A stretch of DNA of 64,000 nt. It comes from Elusimicrobiota bacterium (GTDB taxonomy: Bacteria > Elusimicrobiota > Elusimicrobia > UBA1565 > JACRDR01). The notes under the pieces are model-generated. The model worked only from the letters and a program-made list of their open reading frames with translations. It made no database searches and was not told the origin of the DNA. The DNA is taken from the NCBI GenBank assembly GCA_026388115.1, contig JAPLKK010000017.1, positions 15,667-79,666 on the forward strand, written 5' to 3'. The translations under genes were made by a program, and so were the position numbers. Below are positions 37,776-46,237 of this stretch, piece after piece; positions within the stretch are counted from its first letter, which is position 1, and the number at the start of each line of letters is the position of its first letter.

Positions 37776-39410
37776 GTGCCGCGCTCCCTCCTCCTCGCGA
37801 GCCTCACCTTCCTCGGCGGTTTGATCGCCGCCCCCGCTTTTGCGCAGGTTTCCGCGATCAATCCCGGCCAACTTTACTCCGCCGGCGGCGGCGCCCGCGG
37901 CCTCGCTATGGGAAGCGCGCTCACCAGCGTCGCGGGCGACATCTCCTCGCTGTACTACAATCCCTCCGGCCTCGCGACCCTGAGCGGCCGCCAGATCACC
38001 GCGATGCAGGCGTCCCTCTACGACGGCGCGGCCTACCAGTACCTCGGCTACGGTCAGGGACTGCGCCGCAGCCTCGGCGGCTTCGGCCTCGAGGTCATGC
38101 GGCTCGGCATCTCGGGCGCCGACGGCCGCGACGCCAGCAACCTCGGAACCGGGTCTTTCGGCTACAGCGAGCAGAGCATCGGCGCGGGCTTCGGCATGCG
38201 CGGCGTGCTCCACCCCGACCTGTCGGTGGGCATGAAGGTGCATCGGCTCACCCGCAGCCTCGGCGGCTCCTCCGACAACCTGACCGGCGTCGACTTCGGC
38301 GGGATGTACGGCCCGATCTTCGGCGAGCGGCTGACCCTCGGCTTCATCGTCCAGAACGCGCTGCAGAAGAGCCAGGGCGACACCTCCGACAAGCTCGCCG
38401 CGCTGACCCGCGTGGGCGCGGCCTATAATCTCGCCGAGGGCTTCCTGCTCGCCGCCGACGTCTCGAGCGACAAGGACTTCCGCATCGGCACCGAGTACAA
38501 CTGGGGCATCGCCACCTTCCGCGCCGGCTATACCGGCGCCGGCGTGAGCTTCGGCACGGGCCTGCTGTTCCGCCAGGCGCTCGTCCTCGACCTCGCCATG
38601 GTGAACAGCTCGGTGCTCGGCAACTCCACCCGCGTGTCGCTGGGCTATAAGTTCCGCGAGGCCGCGGCGAAGCGCAACGTGCAGGCGATCGCCGAGGAGT
38701 ACCTGGCGAACGCGCTGCTCGAGCTGAAGGCCCGCGACTACGTGCGGGCGTCGAAGGGGCTCGACGCCGCGCTGGGCATCAGCCCGCGCCTGGGCGAGCT
38801 GGGCTGGAAGGTGCGGGCCCAGCGGCTGCGCAGCCTGGTCATCGAGCTCGACCTCGCCAACCTCCCCGAGTTCCAGGAGATCTACAAGGCGCAGACCGCC
38901 CCGGCCCTGCTGGCGCACGAGGGCGTGATGGCGCTGCTGGACGAGGACAACGGGCGCGCCATGCTCTTCGTCCACGCGGCCCTCGGCCAGAACTCGCGCG
39001 AGAGCGCCTACCGCAAGCTCCTCGAGGCGATGTCGCGCCTGACCAAGGGCGAGATCCACCGCGAGGACATCCTCCCGCCGTCGGCGCTGGTCGAGCGCCG
39101 CCTGCAGCGCGCCGTGGACCAGATCTACGGCGGCCACTACGACACGGCCATCGTGGACTGCAAGGACGCGCTGGCCCTGGACCCGAACAACGCCACGGCC
39201 TGGATGAGGCTGGGCTCGGCGTACTTCGCCGCCGGCGACAAGTCCGACGCCGCCACGGCGTACCGCAACTCGCTGAGCCTCGACCCGACCAACGAGAGGC
39301 TCCGCCAGTTCATGCAGCAGCAAAGGATGCCGCTCTACACCCCGCGCGTGGCACCGCTTCCAAGCGGTGCCATGCTCGGGCTCATGGTGAGCCGCTTGGA
39401 GGTTCGATAA
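37776..39410 (+). CDS. Outer-membrane PorV/PorQ-family-like beta-barrel (T9SS-associated shuttle-like) with a C-terminal TPR-repeat region. GTG start; cleavable signal peptide ...APAFA/QV.
   Basis: Signal peptide MPRSLLLASLTFLGGLIAAPAFA. The N-terminal motif SAGGGARGLAMGSALTSVAGDISSLYYNPSGLA resembles the PorV N-terminal signature (GMG....A...DA....YNPA.LA). Gly/Tyr-rich alternating strands end ...SLGYKF. The C-terminal roughly 240 aa is helical, with a TPR-like stretch NATAWMRLGSAYFAAGDKSDAATAYRNSLSLDPTN. Family assignment is by motif only. Confidence 0.55.
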   Translation: MPRSLLLASLTFLGGLIAAPAFAQVSAINPGQLYSAGGGARGLAMGSALTSVAGDISSLYYNPSGLATLSGRQITAMQASLYDGAAYQYLGYGQGLRRSLGGFGLEVMRLGISGADGRDASNLGTGSFGYSEQSIGAGFGMRGVLHPDLSVGMKVHRLTRSLGGSSDNLTGVDFGGMYGPIFGERLTLGFIVQNALQKSQGDTSDKLAALTRVGAAYNLAEGFLLAADVSSDKDFRIGTEYNWGIATFRAGYTGAGVSFGTGLLFRQALVLDLAMVNSSVLGNSTRVSLGYKFREAAAKRNVQAIAEEYLANALLELKARDYVRASKGLDAALGISPRLGELGWKVRAQRLRSLVIELDLANLPEFQEIYKAQTAPALLAHEGVMALLDEDNGRAMLFVHAALGQNSRESAYRKLLEAMSRLTKGEIHREDILPPSALVERRLQRAVDQIYGGHYDTAIVDCKDALALDPNNATAWMRLGSAYFAAGDKSDAATAYRNSLSLDPTNERLRQFMQQQRMPLYTPRVAPLPSGAMLGLMVSRLEVR

Positions 39411-41884
39411 TGGAGTTCCTGCTCATCGCCGCGATGCCGCTGATGTTCCTGCTCCTGGCGACCGTGATGATGGTCGTGAGCGAGACGTCCGGCTTCTTCA
39501 CCTTCACGCGCATGTCGGCCCGCCAGCGGGCGACCAACCGGGTGCTGCTGGGCTACGTCCAGCGCCAGCGCATGGCGCGCCGCCAGCTCTCCTTGCGCAG
39601 CCGCCAGCTCGCGGGCCTTTCGGCGAGCCTGGCGGGCTCCAACCGCGAGCTCGAGCAGCTCAACAGCCTCAAGTCGCGCTTCTTGTCGGTGGCCGCGCAC
39701 GACATGCGCACGCCGCTGGCCTCCATCCGCGGCTTCGCCGAGAGCCTCTCGGGGCAGAAGATGCTGACGCCCAAGGACCGCCGCTACGTCGGCAACATCA
39801 TGACGGCCGCGGACCAGATGGGGCGGCTGACGGCGGACCTGACGGACCTGTCGATCATCGAGGCCGGCAAGCTCAAGATGGAGCCGGCGCCCTTCGACTA
39901 CGCCGCGCTCATCGAGGAGCTGTGGGGACAGCTGAGCCTGGTGGCCGAGCGCAAGGGGGTGCGCCTCATCGCCTCGGAGCTTCCGCGCGGCCTCGTCCTC
40001 GCCGGCGACCGCTTCCGCATCGGTCAGGTCGTCAGCAACCTCGTCGGCAACGCGATCAAGTTCACCCCGGCCGGAGGCGTGGTGGACCTGCGGGTGCGCG
40101 AGGCGGCGTCGGGCGTGATGACCGTCGTCGCCGACACCGGCCCTGGCATCCATCCCTCCGAGCAGAAGCGCATCTTCGAGAAGTTCTATCAGGCGCGCTA
40201 CGGGGCGAGCGCCGCCGCCGCCAAGCAGGGCTGGGGCCTCGGCCTCTCCATCGCCTTCGAGATCGTGCATGCCCATCACGGCGAGATCGGCGTCGAGTCG
40301 CCGGGCCTGGGCCGCGGATCGAAGTTCTGGTTCTTCATCCCGCGCGAGCCGGCGGCGCGCAGGCCCGGGGCGGGGCTGTTGCGCGCCCTGGCGGCGGCGG
40401 CGCTCCTGCTCGCGTTCGTCTTGAGGACGGGAGCGCAGGCGCAGACCCTCCCCTTGGAGGACAAATCGCGCTACGACAAGTACCTCGAGCAGAAGGTCGA
40501 GTCGGTGCTGACCGACATGCTCGGCCCCGGCCGCGCCAAGGTGGTCGTGGACGCCACGGTGGACTTCACGCGCATCGAGAAGTTCACGGTCGCCGGGGGC
40601 GAGGGCAAGGGCAAGGATAAGGCCGGCCAGGAAGCCCTGTACGCCTGGCAGAACATCGTCGCCCAGACCAGCGGCCCCAACGAGTTCCTGCCGGGCGTGC
40701 CGGTCCATGAGGGCGGCCCCGGCGGGGCGCCGACCTCCTATGAGCGTCAGTCGGGATTCACCCCCGAATTCCTTAAGAAGCTCTCGGTGACGCTCATCGT
40801 GGACCAGAGCGTCCCGGAAAGGCAGGTGGGCGACATCCAGGACATCGTCACCAACCTCCTGCAGGTGGACGAGGCCCGCGGCGACGCGTTGACGGTCGTG
40901 CGCACGACCTTCCCGCCTCCCTGGAAGACGATGTGGTATTCGCAGGACTCGGTGAGCATGGTCTTCCGCTACTCGATCCTGGGCCTGTTGTGCCTGGCGA
41001 CGCTCACCGTGGTGGCCTTTTGCTTCTACCGCCTCGCGGGGGCCATGGACGCCATGGCGCGCAGCCAGGCGAACTACGGCTTCGACCTGGGCCAGGAGGC
41101 CGCGGGATTGGGCGAGCCGGCGGCCGAGCCGCCCGCCATCGAGGCCGAGCAGAAAGAGGAGCCGCAGGCCCTTGCGGGCCCCGAGGGAGAGCAGATCGTC
41201 ATCGCGGTGCGCGAGGACCAGATGCCCGTGCTGGTGACCATGATGCTGGGAGAGGAGCCGGAGAACATCGCGCTGGTCATGGCCCACCTGGACCCCGAGC
41301 GCCGGCGCGACTTCATGCGCCAGATGCCGCGCGAGCTGGAGGCGAAGGTGCTGGGCAGCCTCGCGCAGGTGCGCTTCGTGGAGGAGAGCCTGGTCCAGTC
41401 TATAAAGGAAGAGATCGAGCGCCGGCTGGCGGGGGCGGTGGGGGGCCTGCACAGCGTCTATCAGATCGTCGACCAGGCGGACCCATCGGCCAAGCGGGAG
41501 CTGTTGGAGATCCTGCGGCGCACCGACCCCGACCTGGCGAAGGCCGTCCGCTCGCGCATCCTGCTCATGGAGGACCTGCTGCGGCTCAGCGCCGACGGCT
41601 GGAGCCTCCTCACCGGGCGGGTGCGCCTGGAGGACTGGGCCTCGGCGCTCAAGGACGCCTCGTCCGAGCTCAAGGACGCCTTGCGGTCCCAGATGCTGCC
41701 GAGGACGTGGGCGATCCTGGAGCAGGTGGCCGAATCGGGCGAGGCCACCCCCGAGAAGCTCGCCGCCGCCCAATCGGCCATCCTCGACGAGGTCTCGCGG
41801 ATGATCTCGGCGAACCTCATCGAGGACCCGCGGCCGACCGAGGAAGCGCCGCAGCGTTTGGAAGCGCCGGCGGTAGGAGCATAA
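39410..41884 (+). CDS. Chimeric membrane protein. An N-terminal TM is followed by a histidine kinase (HisKA plus HATPase_c), then a TM and a FliF/YscJ-type ring-building (RBM3-like) periplasmic domain, then a TM and a FliG-like domain (N domain plus C-terminal torque helix). The start overlaps the upstream stop (ATAATG).
   Basis: Kinase part: His[15 protein letters not shown]; HATPase N-box [24 protein letters not shown]. FliF-like part: [29 protein letters not shown] (compare Salmonella FliF IEAILSPIVGNGNVHAQVTAQLDF), LSVTLIVDQ, and [13 protein letters not shown] preceding the [26 protein letters not shown]. FliG N-like: [25 protein letters not shown]. FliG C-like: [27 protein letters not shown] (compare FliG ALKGASEELREKIFKNMSKRAAEMLREDLE). 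There is no in-frame stop between the parts. Confidence 0.7.
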   Translation: MEFLLIAAMPLMFLLLATVMMVVSETSGFFTFTRMSARQRATNRVLLGYVQRQRMARRQLSLRSRQLAGLSASLAGSNRELEQLNSLKSRFLSVAAHDMRTPLASIRGFAESLSGQKMLTPKDRRYVGNIMTAADQMGRLTADLTDLSIIEAGKLKMEPAPFDYAALIEELWGQLSLVAERKGVRLIASELPRGLVLAGDRFRIGQVVSNLVGNAIKFTPAGGVVDLRVREAASGVMTVVADTGPGIHPSEQKRIFEKFYQARYGASAAAAKQGWGLGLSIAFEIVHAHHGEIGVESPGLGRGSKFWFFIPREPAARRPGAGLLRALAAAALLLAFVLRTGAQAQTLPLEDKSRYDKYLEQKVESVLTDMLGPGRAKVVVDATVDFTRIEKFTVAGGEGKGKDKAGQEALYAWQNIVAQTSGPNEFLPGVPVHEGGPGGAPTSYERQSGFTPEFLKKLSVTLIVDQSVPERQVGDIQDIVTNLLQVDEARGDALTVVRTTFPPPWKTMWYSQDSVSMVFRYSILGLLCLATLTVVAFCFYRLAGAMDAMARSQANYGFDLGQEAAGLGEPAAEPPAIEAEQKEEPQALAGPEGEQIVIAVREDQMPVLVTMMLGEEPENIALVMAHLDPERRRDFMRQMPRELEAKVLGSLAQVRFVEESLVQSIKEEIERRLAGAVGGLHSVYQIVDQADPSAKRELLEILRRTDPDLAKAVRSRILLMEDLLRLSADGWSLLTGRVRLEDWASALKDASSELKDALRSQMLPRTWAILEQVAESGEATPEKLAAAQSAILDEVSRMISANLIEDPRPTEEAPQRLEAPAVGA

Positions 41885-41887
41885 GCC

Positions 41888-42844
41888 ATGGCGAACGAGC
41901 CCACCAAGAAAGCGGCGTCGTTTCTGGCCTCCTTGCGCGGCGGCGCGCGGGGAGCGGCGGGGGGGGCGGCGGCCGCGGGCGGCGCCCCGCCCGAAGAGCT
42001 GGTCCGTCCGCTGCAGCGGCGCGTCGACGAGCTCGAGAAGCGCGTGCAGGACGTCTTGAAGGCGGCCGCGGGACCCGAGGAGGGCGAGCCTCCGCGCGCG
42101 CCGACGGAGCTGATGATGTACATCCACGCTCGCACCGAGCTCCTCGAGCGCAAGCTGCAGGAAGCGCAGGCCGAGGCCCTGCGCGCGAACCTCCTGCTGC
42201 ACGAGCGCGAGACGGCCCAGCGGCAGGCGCAGAAGGAGGTGGAGGAGCTGTTCCGCACCATCAAGGAGCACGAGCGCGCCGCGCGCTACGACGGCGCGCT
42301 TCGCGAGCAGCTATCGTCGGCCCAAAGGAAGATCGCGGAGCTGGAACGGAAGGTCGGGGGAGGGGAGCCGCCGTCGTCGGCGCCTCCCGCGCCGCCTGCT
42401 GAGGCCCAATTGGCCACAACCGTCCGCGACGTCGACTCTATGGCGCTGCTCGTGCTGACGGCGAAGCTCGCCGATCTGGAGCGGGAACTCGAGGCGGCGC
42501 GGCGGGAGAGGGATGAGGAGCGCGCGCGCAGGACCCGGTGGGAGCGCGAGACGGCCGCGACGCTGGCCCAAGCCCATTGGAAGAAGCCCACCAACATCGA
42601 GCTCACGGTCGAGGCCGCGCTCGAGACGATGGCGCTGGCCTTGCGCGAGCGCGAAGACACCGAGCGGGAGCTGAAGGAGGCTATGGCTCAGGCGGAGAGT
42701 CAACCGCCGGACGCCGGTCCCGATCCCGTGCTGCGCGCCCGCATCACGGGCGCGCAGGAGCGTCTTGACCGGCTGTCGCGGACGCTGGACGAGCAGATGC
42801 ATCTGGTCCAGGCGTGGATCGCGGGGAATAAACAGGCAGGGTGA
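41888..42844 (+). CDS. Charged coiled-coil protein with an Ala/Gly-rich N-terminus. A FliH/FliJ-like role is speculative.
   Basis: ATG at 41888, 4 nt after the upstream stop. Heptad-rich E/R/A/L sequence (LQRRVDELEKRVQDVLKAAAG..., RELEAARRERDEERARRTRWERE). No globular domain recognised. Confidence 0.5.
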   Translation: MANEPTKKAASFLASLRGGARGAAGGAAAAGGAPPEELVRPLQRRVDELEKRVQDVLKAAAGPEEGEPPRAPTELMMYIHARTELLERKLQEAQAEALRANLLLHERETAQRQAQKEVEELFRTIKEHERAARYDGALREQLSSAQRKIAELERKVGGGEPPSSAPPAPPAEAQLATTVRDVDSMALLVLTAKLADLERELEAARRERDEERARRTRWERETAATLAQAHWKKPTNIELTVEAALETMALALREREDTERELKEAMAQAESQPPDAGPDPVLRARITGAQERLDRLSRTLDEQMHLVQAWIAGNKQAG

Positions 42845-44408
42845 AATAGAATACGCTGCCTTTTTCGGGCTCCGATTCCGCCCAGATCCTGCCGCCGTGC
42901 CCCTCGACGATCGTCTTGCAGATCGAAAGCCCCAGGCCCGTGCCCTCCACCGGCGTCGCCCGGTGATGGTCGTCCACGATCCTTTCGAACTTGACGAACA
43001 GCCGTCCCATATCCTCGGGCCGTATCCCGAGGCCGGTGTCCTTGACCGCGCAGCGGATGAAGTCCCCGTCGCGTCCGGCCTCGATGCGGACCGAGCCGCC
43101 GCGCGGGGTGAACTTGAGGGCGTTGCCGATCAGGTTGTTGAAGACCTGGTCGAGCTTCTCGGGATCCGCCCAGACGGCGGGCAGGTCCTCTGGAACGTCG
43201 TGGCTGAAGGCGACGCCGCGCGAGGCCGCGCTCGCGGCTAACAGAGCCAGGCGCGGCACGAGCTCCTGGAGGCGCGCCTCCTTCATCATGAATTTGAACC
43301 GCCCCGAGCGGATCCTCGCCGCGTCCAGGATGTTGGCCACGAAAGCCGACAGCTTCCGCGTCGAGTTCTTGATGAGGTTCACCAGCCGCGTCTGCTCCTC
43401 GCCGAGCGAGCCGTAGTCGCCGGTCGTGAGCGCGTCGGTGATCATCGTGACGGCGTTGAGGGGCCCGCGCAGGTCGTGCGAGACCATCGAGATGAACTCG
43501 TCTTTGAGCTGGTCGAGGGTGCGCAGCCGGTCGTACAGCTTGGCGTTGTGGATCGCCTGGGCGATCATCGAGCAGAAGATGGCGGCGTGCCGCAGGTCCT
43601 GGGCCACGAACGGCTGCTGGCCCGGCTTGCGGTTGACGCTCAGCACGCCCAAAAGGTCCTCGTTGAGCATGATCGGGTACACCAGCGACACGCCGACGTC
43701 CTTGCGCCCCGGCAGGTCGGCGAAGCGCGGGTCGGTCTGCAGGGGGCCGTTGATGTTGACGCCGGTCCGCCATTGGGCGACGCGGTCGGCCACGGCGGGG
43801 GCCGGGGCCACGGAGGGCATGCGCCCCCACTCCTCGCGGGGGAGGGCGGTCGAGGCGGTCAGCGTGAACTGCTTCTGGTCGTTGAGGAGCATCACGCTCA
43901 CGTCATCGGCGCTCAGGACCTTGGCGGCCAGCGAGATGAGATCGGGCAGCAGCTCCTCGAGCTCCGTGTCGGCGAAGACGCTGCGCGTCGCCTCATAGAG
44001 CGCGACCAGCGCCTTGAGGCCGATCTTCTCGCCGAGGGCGGGCAGGAGCGCCTCGAGCTCGACCTGGGCGAACGGCTTGATAAGGAAGGCGTAGGCCCCG
44101 AGGCGGATGGCCTGCCGCGCGACGCGCTCGGCGAGGGCGTCGCCGGTGGCCAGGATCACCTCGATGTCGGGGTCCACCCGGCGCAGGGCCTCGAGGGTCT
44201 GCAGGCCGTCTTTGCCCGGGAGCTGGTAGTCCACCACGGCGACCTGGAACTTGCGCCGGCGGGCCTCGGCCACCGCCTTTTCAGCGGTGTCAACGCCGAC
44301 CACCTCGTAGCCCTTGGCCTTCAGGCTCGCGGAGACAAGCTCCCGCCACTCGTCGTCATCTTCGACGACAAGGATGCGGTGAGCGTCAGAAGCCTCAGAC
44401 GCTCCCAT
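42744..44408 (-). CDS. Hybrid signalling protein: receiver (REC) domain, GAF-like domain and histidine kinase.
   Basis: REC: ILVVEDDDEW...VAVVDYQLPGKDGL...LIKPF. HisKA: FISMVSHDLRGPLNAV. HATPase: FNNLIGNALKFTP, DTGLGI, GTGLGLSICK. Its 3' end overlaps the convergent coiled-coil ORF by about 100 nt. Confidence 0.8.
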   Translation of the reverse strand: MGASEASDAHRILVVEDDDEWRELVSASLKAKGYEVVGVDTAEKAVAEARRRKFQVAVVDYQLPGKDGLQTLEALRRVDPDIEVILATGDALAERVARQAIRLGAYAFLIKPFAQVELEALLPALGEKIGLKALVALYEATRSVFADTELEELLPDLISLAAKVLSADDVSVMLLNDQKQFTLTASTALPREEWGRMPSVAPAPAVADRVAQWRTGVNINGPLQTDPRFADLPGRKDVGVSLVYPIMLNEDLLGVLSVNRKPGQQPFVAQDLRHAAIFCSMIAQAIHNAKLYDRLRTLDQLKDEFISMVSHDLRGPLNAVTMITDALTTGDYGSLGEEQTRLVNLIKNSTRKLSAFVANILDAARIRSGRFKFMMKEARLQELVPRLALLAASAASRGVAFSHDVPEDLPAVWADPEKLDQVFNNLIGNALKFTPRGGSVRIEAGRDGDFIRCAVKDTGLGIRPEDMGRLFVKFERIVDDHHRATPVEGTGLGLSICKTIVEGHGGRIWAESEPEKGSVFYFTLPVYSPRSTPGPDASARPASATAGQDAPARP

Positions 44409-44545
44409 TCAGTTAATTTTTCGCTTATGAGGAAGCTCTGTCAAGTGGGGAATTGTCAGCGCTAGTCAGCGGCGCTGCAATCGCCGAGGCCCCTTCCTCG
44501 ACCCGGGGTGAAGGAAGTTGTAGTATTGTCGAGAGCGGAAATGAC

Positions 44546-45406
44546 ATGGCCTCGCTGACGGCCCTAAAAAACATCGCGGATAGCTATAGATTTCAGCTTC
44601 GGCTTCGCGGCCAACTGGGGCCGCGTCTGGCCTACACCACGCTGTACTGGGGGCGGTACCTCGCCGCCCGCTACGGCCCGCGGCGTCTGGACAGCAGCGG
44701 CGCCCACTGCGCCGCCTTCGCTTATCTCGGCCGCAGCGGCCGCAGCGCTCGGACCGTCACCGTCGCCACGCCGCAGGGCCTGCGCCTCCGGGTCTATCTC
44801 ATGACCGCTTTCATGGTGCTCAAGGAGCTCTACGGCGAGCGCATCTATGAGGACTGCGACCTCGATGACTTCCGGGTCGGTGAGGGCCAGGTGGTCTTCG
44901 ACATCGGCAGCCAGCAGGGCGTCTTCGCGCTGGCCGCCGCCCGGCGGGCCGGCGCGGGCGGGCGCGTCGTCGCCGTCGAGCCGGAGCCGCGCAACCGCGA
45001 GCTGCTGCTCGCGAACATCGCCTTGAACGGCCTCTCGAACGTCCGCGTCTTCGATTGCGCGATCTCGGACCAGGAGGGCTCCGCGCGGCTGTTCATCAAT
45101 GCCGAGAACACCGGCGCCCATTCGCTGGTGGGGGCCGGCTCCGGCCGCCACGTCGTCGTGCGGACGATCACGCTCGACCAGCTGGCGCGCGAGGCCGGCT
45201 GCGCGCCGCAGCTGGTCAAGATCGACGTGGAGGGCAGCACCCTGGCGGTGCTGCGCGGGGGCCTCGAGACCATCGGCGCTTCCAGGCCCCGCATCGTCCT
45301 GGAGCTGGACGCTCCGGAGGACGAGGCGACGATCCGGGCGCTGCTCGAGCCTTTGGGCTACCGCCTGCGCCGGAAAGGCAACAATCTCTTTGCCAGCGCG
45401 GCGTAA
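44546..45406 (+). CDS. FkbM-family SAM-dependent methyltransferase. Likely start is the internal ATG (MASLTALKN...); the track ORF begins at 44453.
   Basis: VVFDIGSQQGVFALAAARRAG..GRVVAVEPEPRNRELLLANIALNGLSNVRVFDCAISDQEGSARLFIN...SLVG...ITLDQLAREAGCAPQLVKIDVEGSTLAVLRGG matches the Methyltransf_21 (FkbM) pattern. Confidence 0.75.
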   Translation: MASLTALKNIADSYRFQLRLRGQLGPRLAYTTLYWGRYLAARYGPRRLDSSGAHCAAFAYLGRSGRSARTVTVATPQGLRLRVYLMTAFMVLKELYGERIYEDCDLDDFRVGEGQVVFDIGSQQGVFALAAARRAGAGGRVVAVEPEPRNRELLLANIALNGLSNVRVFDCAISDQEGSARLFINAENTGAHSLVGAGSGRHVVVRTITLDQLAREAGCAPQLVKIDVEGSTLAVLRGGLETIGASRPRIVLELDAPEDEATIRALLEPLGYRLRRKGNNLFASAA

Positions 45407-45417
45407 TATCGCCGACC

Positions 45418-45446
45418 TTGACAGCCCCGACGGCGGCTGGTATTCT
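45418..45446 (+). promoter_or_regulatory. Sigma70-like promoter upstream of motA: TTGACA at 45418-45423, a 17-nt spacer, and TATTCT at 45441-45446. A GAGGGA Shine-Dalgarno sits about 10 nt before the ATG at 45479.
   Basis: Read directly from the sequence: cgaccTTGACAgccccgacggcggctggTATTCTtttgtcgcccacgccGAGGGAacttcaccgctATG. Confidence 0.5.
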
Positions 45447-45478
45447 TTTGTCGCCCACGCCGAGGGAACTTCACCGCT

Positions 45479-46222
45479 ATGGACCTCACCACAATCCTTG
45501 GCATCTTCGGTATCTTCGGCTTAGGCGCCGTCGTCTGGGTCACCGGCCAGGTCTCCTCCGCCTTCCTGAACGCGCACGGTCTGACCATGGTGATCGGCGG
45601 CGCCCTGGTCGCCATCCTCGTGAACACTCCCCTGCCGCTGTTCCTCGAGGCGCTGCGGGCTCTCTTCGTGCTGTTTCGGCGCGAGTCGGCGGGCGATCCG
45701 CGCGAGATCGTCCCCGTCCTGGTGACGGCGTCGCAGAACGTCCACGCGCGCGGCATCAACGCCCTGGCGGGCATGGACCCCGCGGTGGCCGGGGGGTTTT
45801 TGGCCCGCGCCGCGCAGATCGCGATGGAATTCAAGGACCCCGTCTACGTGAACGAGGTCCTCGGCGCGGAGTTGGCGCGCGAGAATGAGCATCACAACGA
45901 GATCGTGAACGTGTACCGGACGCTCAGCGTCCTCTTTCCGATGTTCGGCCTCATCGGCACTCTGTTCGGCATCGTGCACGTGCTGAAGAACCTCGGGACC
46001 GACCCCGGCGCCATCGGCCCGGCCATGGCCGTCGCCATCACCTCCGCCTTCTACGGCATCTCGTTCGCGAACCTCTTCGCCGTGCCGGTGGCGGGAAAGC
46101 TCCGCATCAAGTTCCGCCAGGAGCTGTTCGTCAAATCCGTGATCGCGGAGGCGGTGGTCGAGATGCTCAAGGGGACCGCACCGGTCCTCGTCGAGCGCCG
46201 CCTGGAGTCGGCCCTCTTGTAG
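45479..46222 (+). CDS. motA: MotA/PomA-family proton-channel stator subunit (4 TM).
   Basis: About 247 aa with TM1/TM2, a cytoplasmic loop, and TM3/TM4. The TM4 signature AMAVAITSAFYGISFANLFAVPVAGKLR is typical of MotA. The size matches PomA/MotA. Confidence 0.8.
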   Translation: MDLTTILGIFGIFGLGAVVWVTGQVSSAFLNAHGLTMVIGGALVAILVNTPLPLFLEALRALFVLFRRESAGDPREIVPVLVTASQNVHARGINALAGMDPAVAGGFLARAAQIAMEFKDPVYVNEVLGAELARENEHHNEIVNVYRTLSVLFPMFGLIGTLFGIVHVLKNLGTDPGAIGPAMAVAITSAFYGISFANLFAVPVAGKLRIKFRQELFVKSVIAEAVVEMLKGTAPVLVERRLESALL

Positions 46223-46237
46223 GGCGGGGCCGCGCCG

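Noticed and set aside
37776-39410. Calling the barrel protein LptD, OmpA or generic OmpP1/FadL.
   Set aside because: The N-terminal GMG...YNPA signature and the genomic context, next to a CTD-bearing cargo, fit the PorV/PorQ family better. This is still only a motif-level call.
40340-40400. The possibility that the kinase and the FliF/FliG-like region are separate genes, with an internal TTG/CTG start at [14 protein letters not shown].
   Set aside because: There is no in-frame stop codon anywhere between 39410 and 41884, so the upstream kinase frame necessarily reads through. Separation would require an undetected sequencing error.
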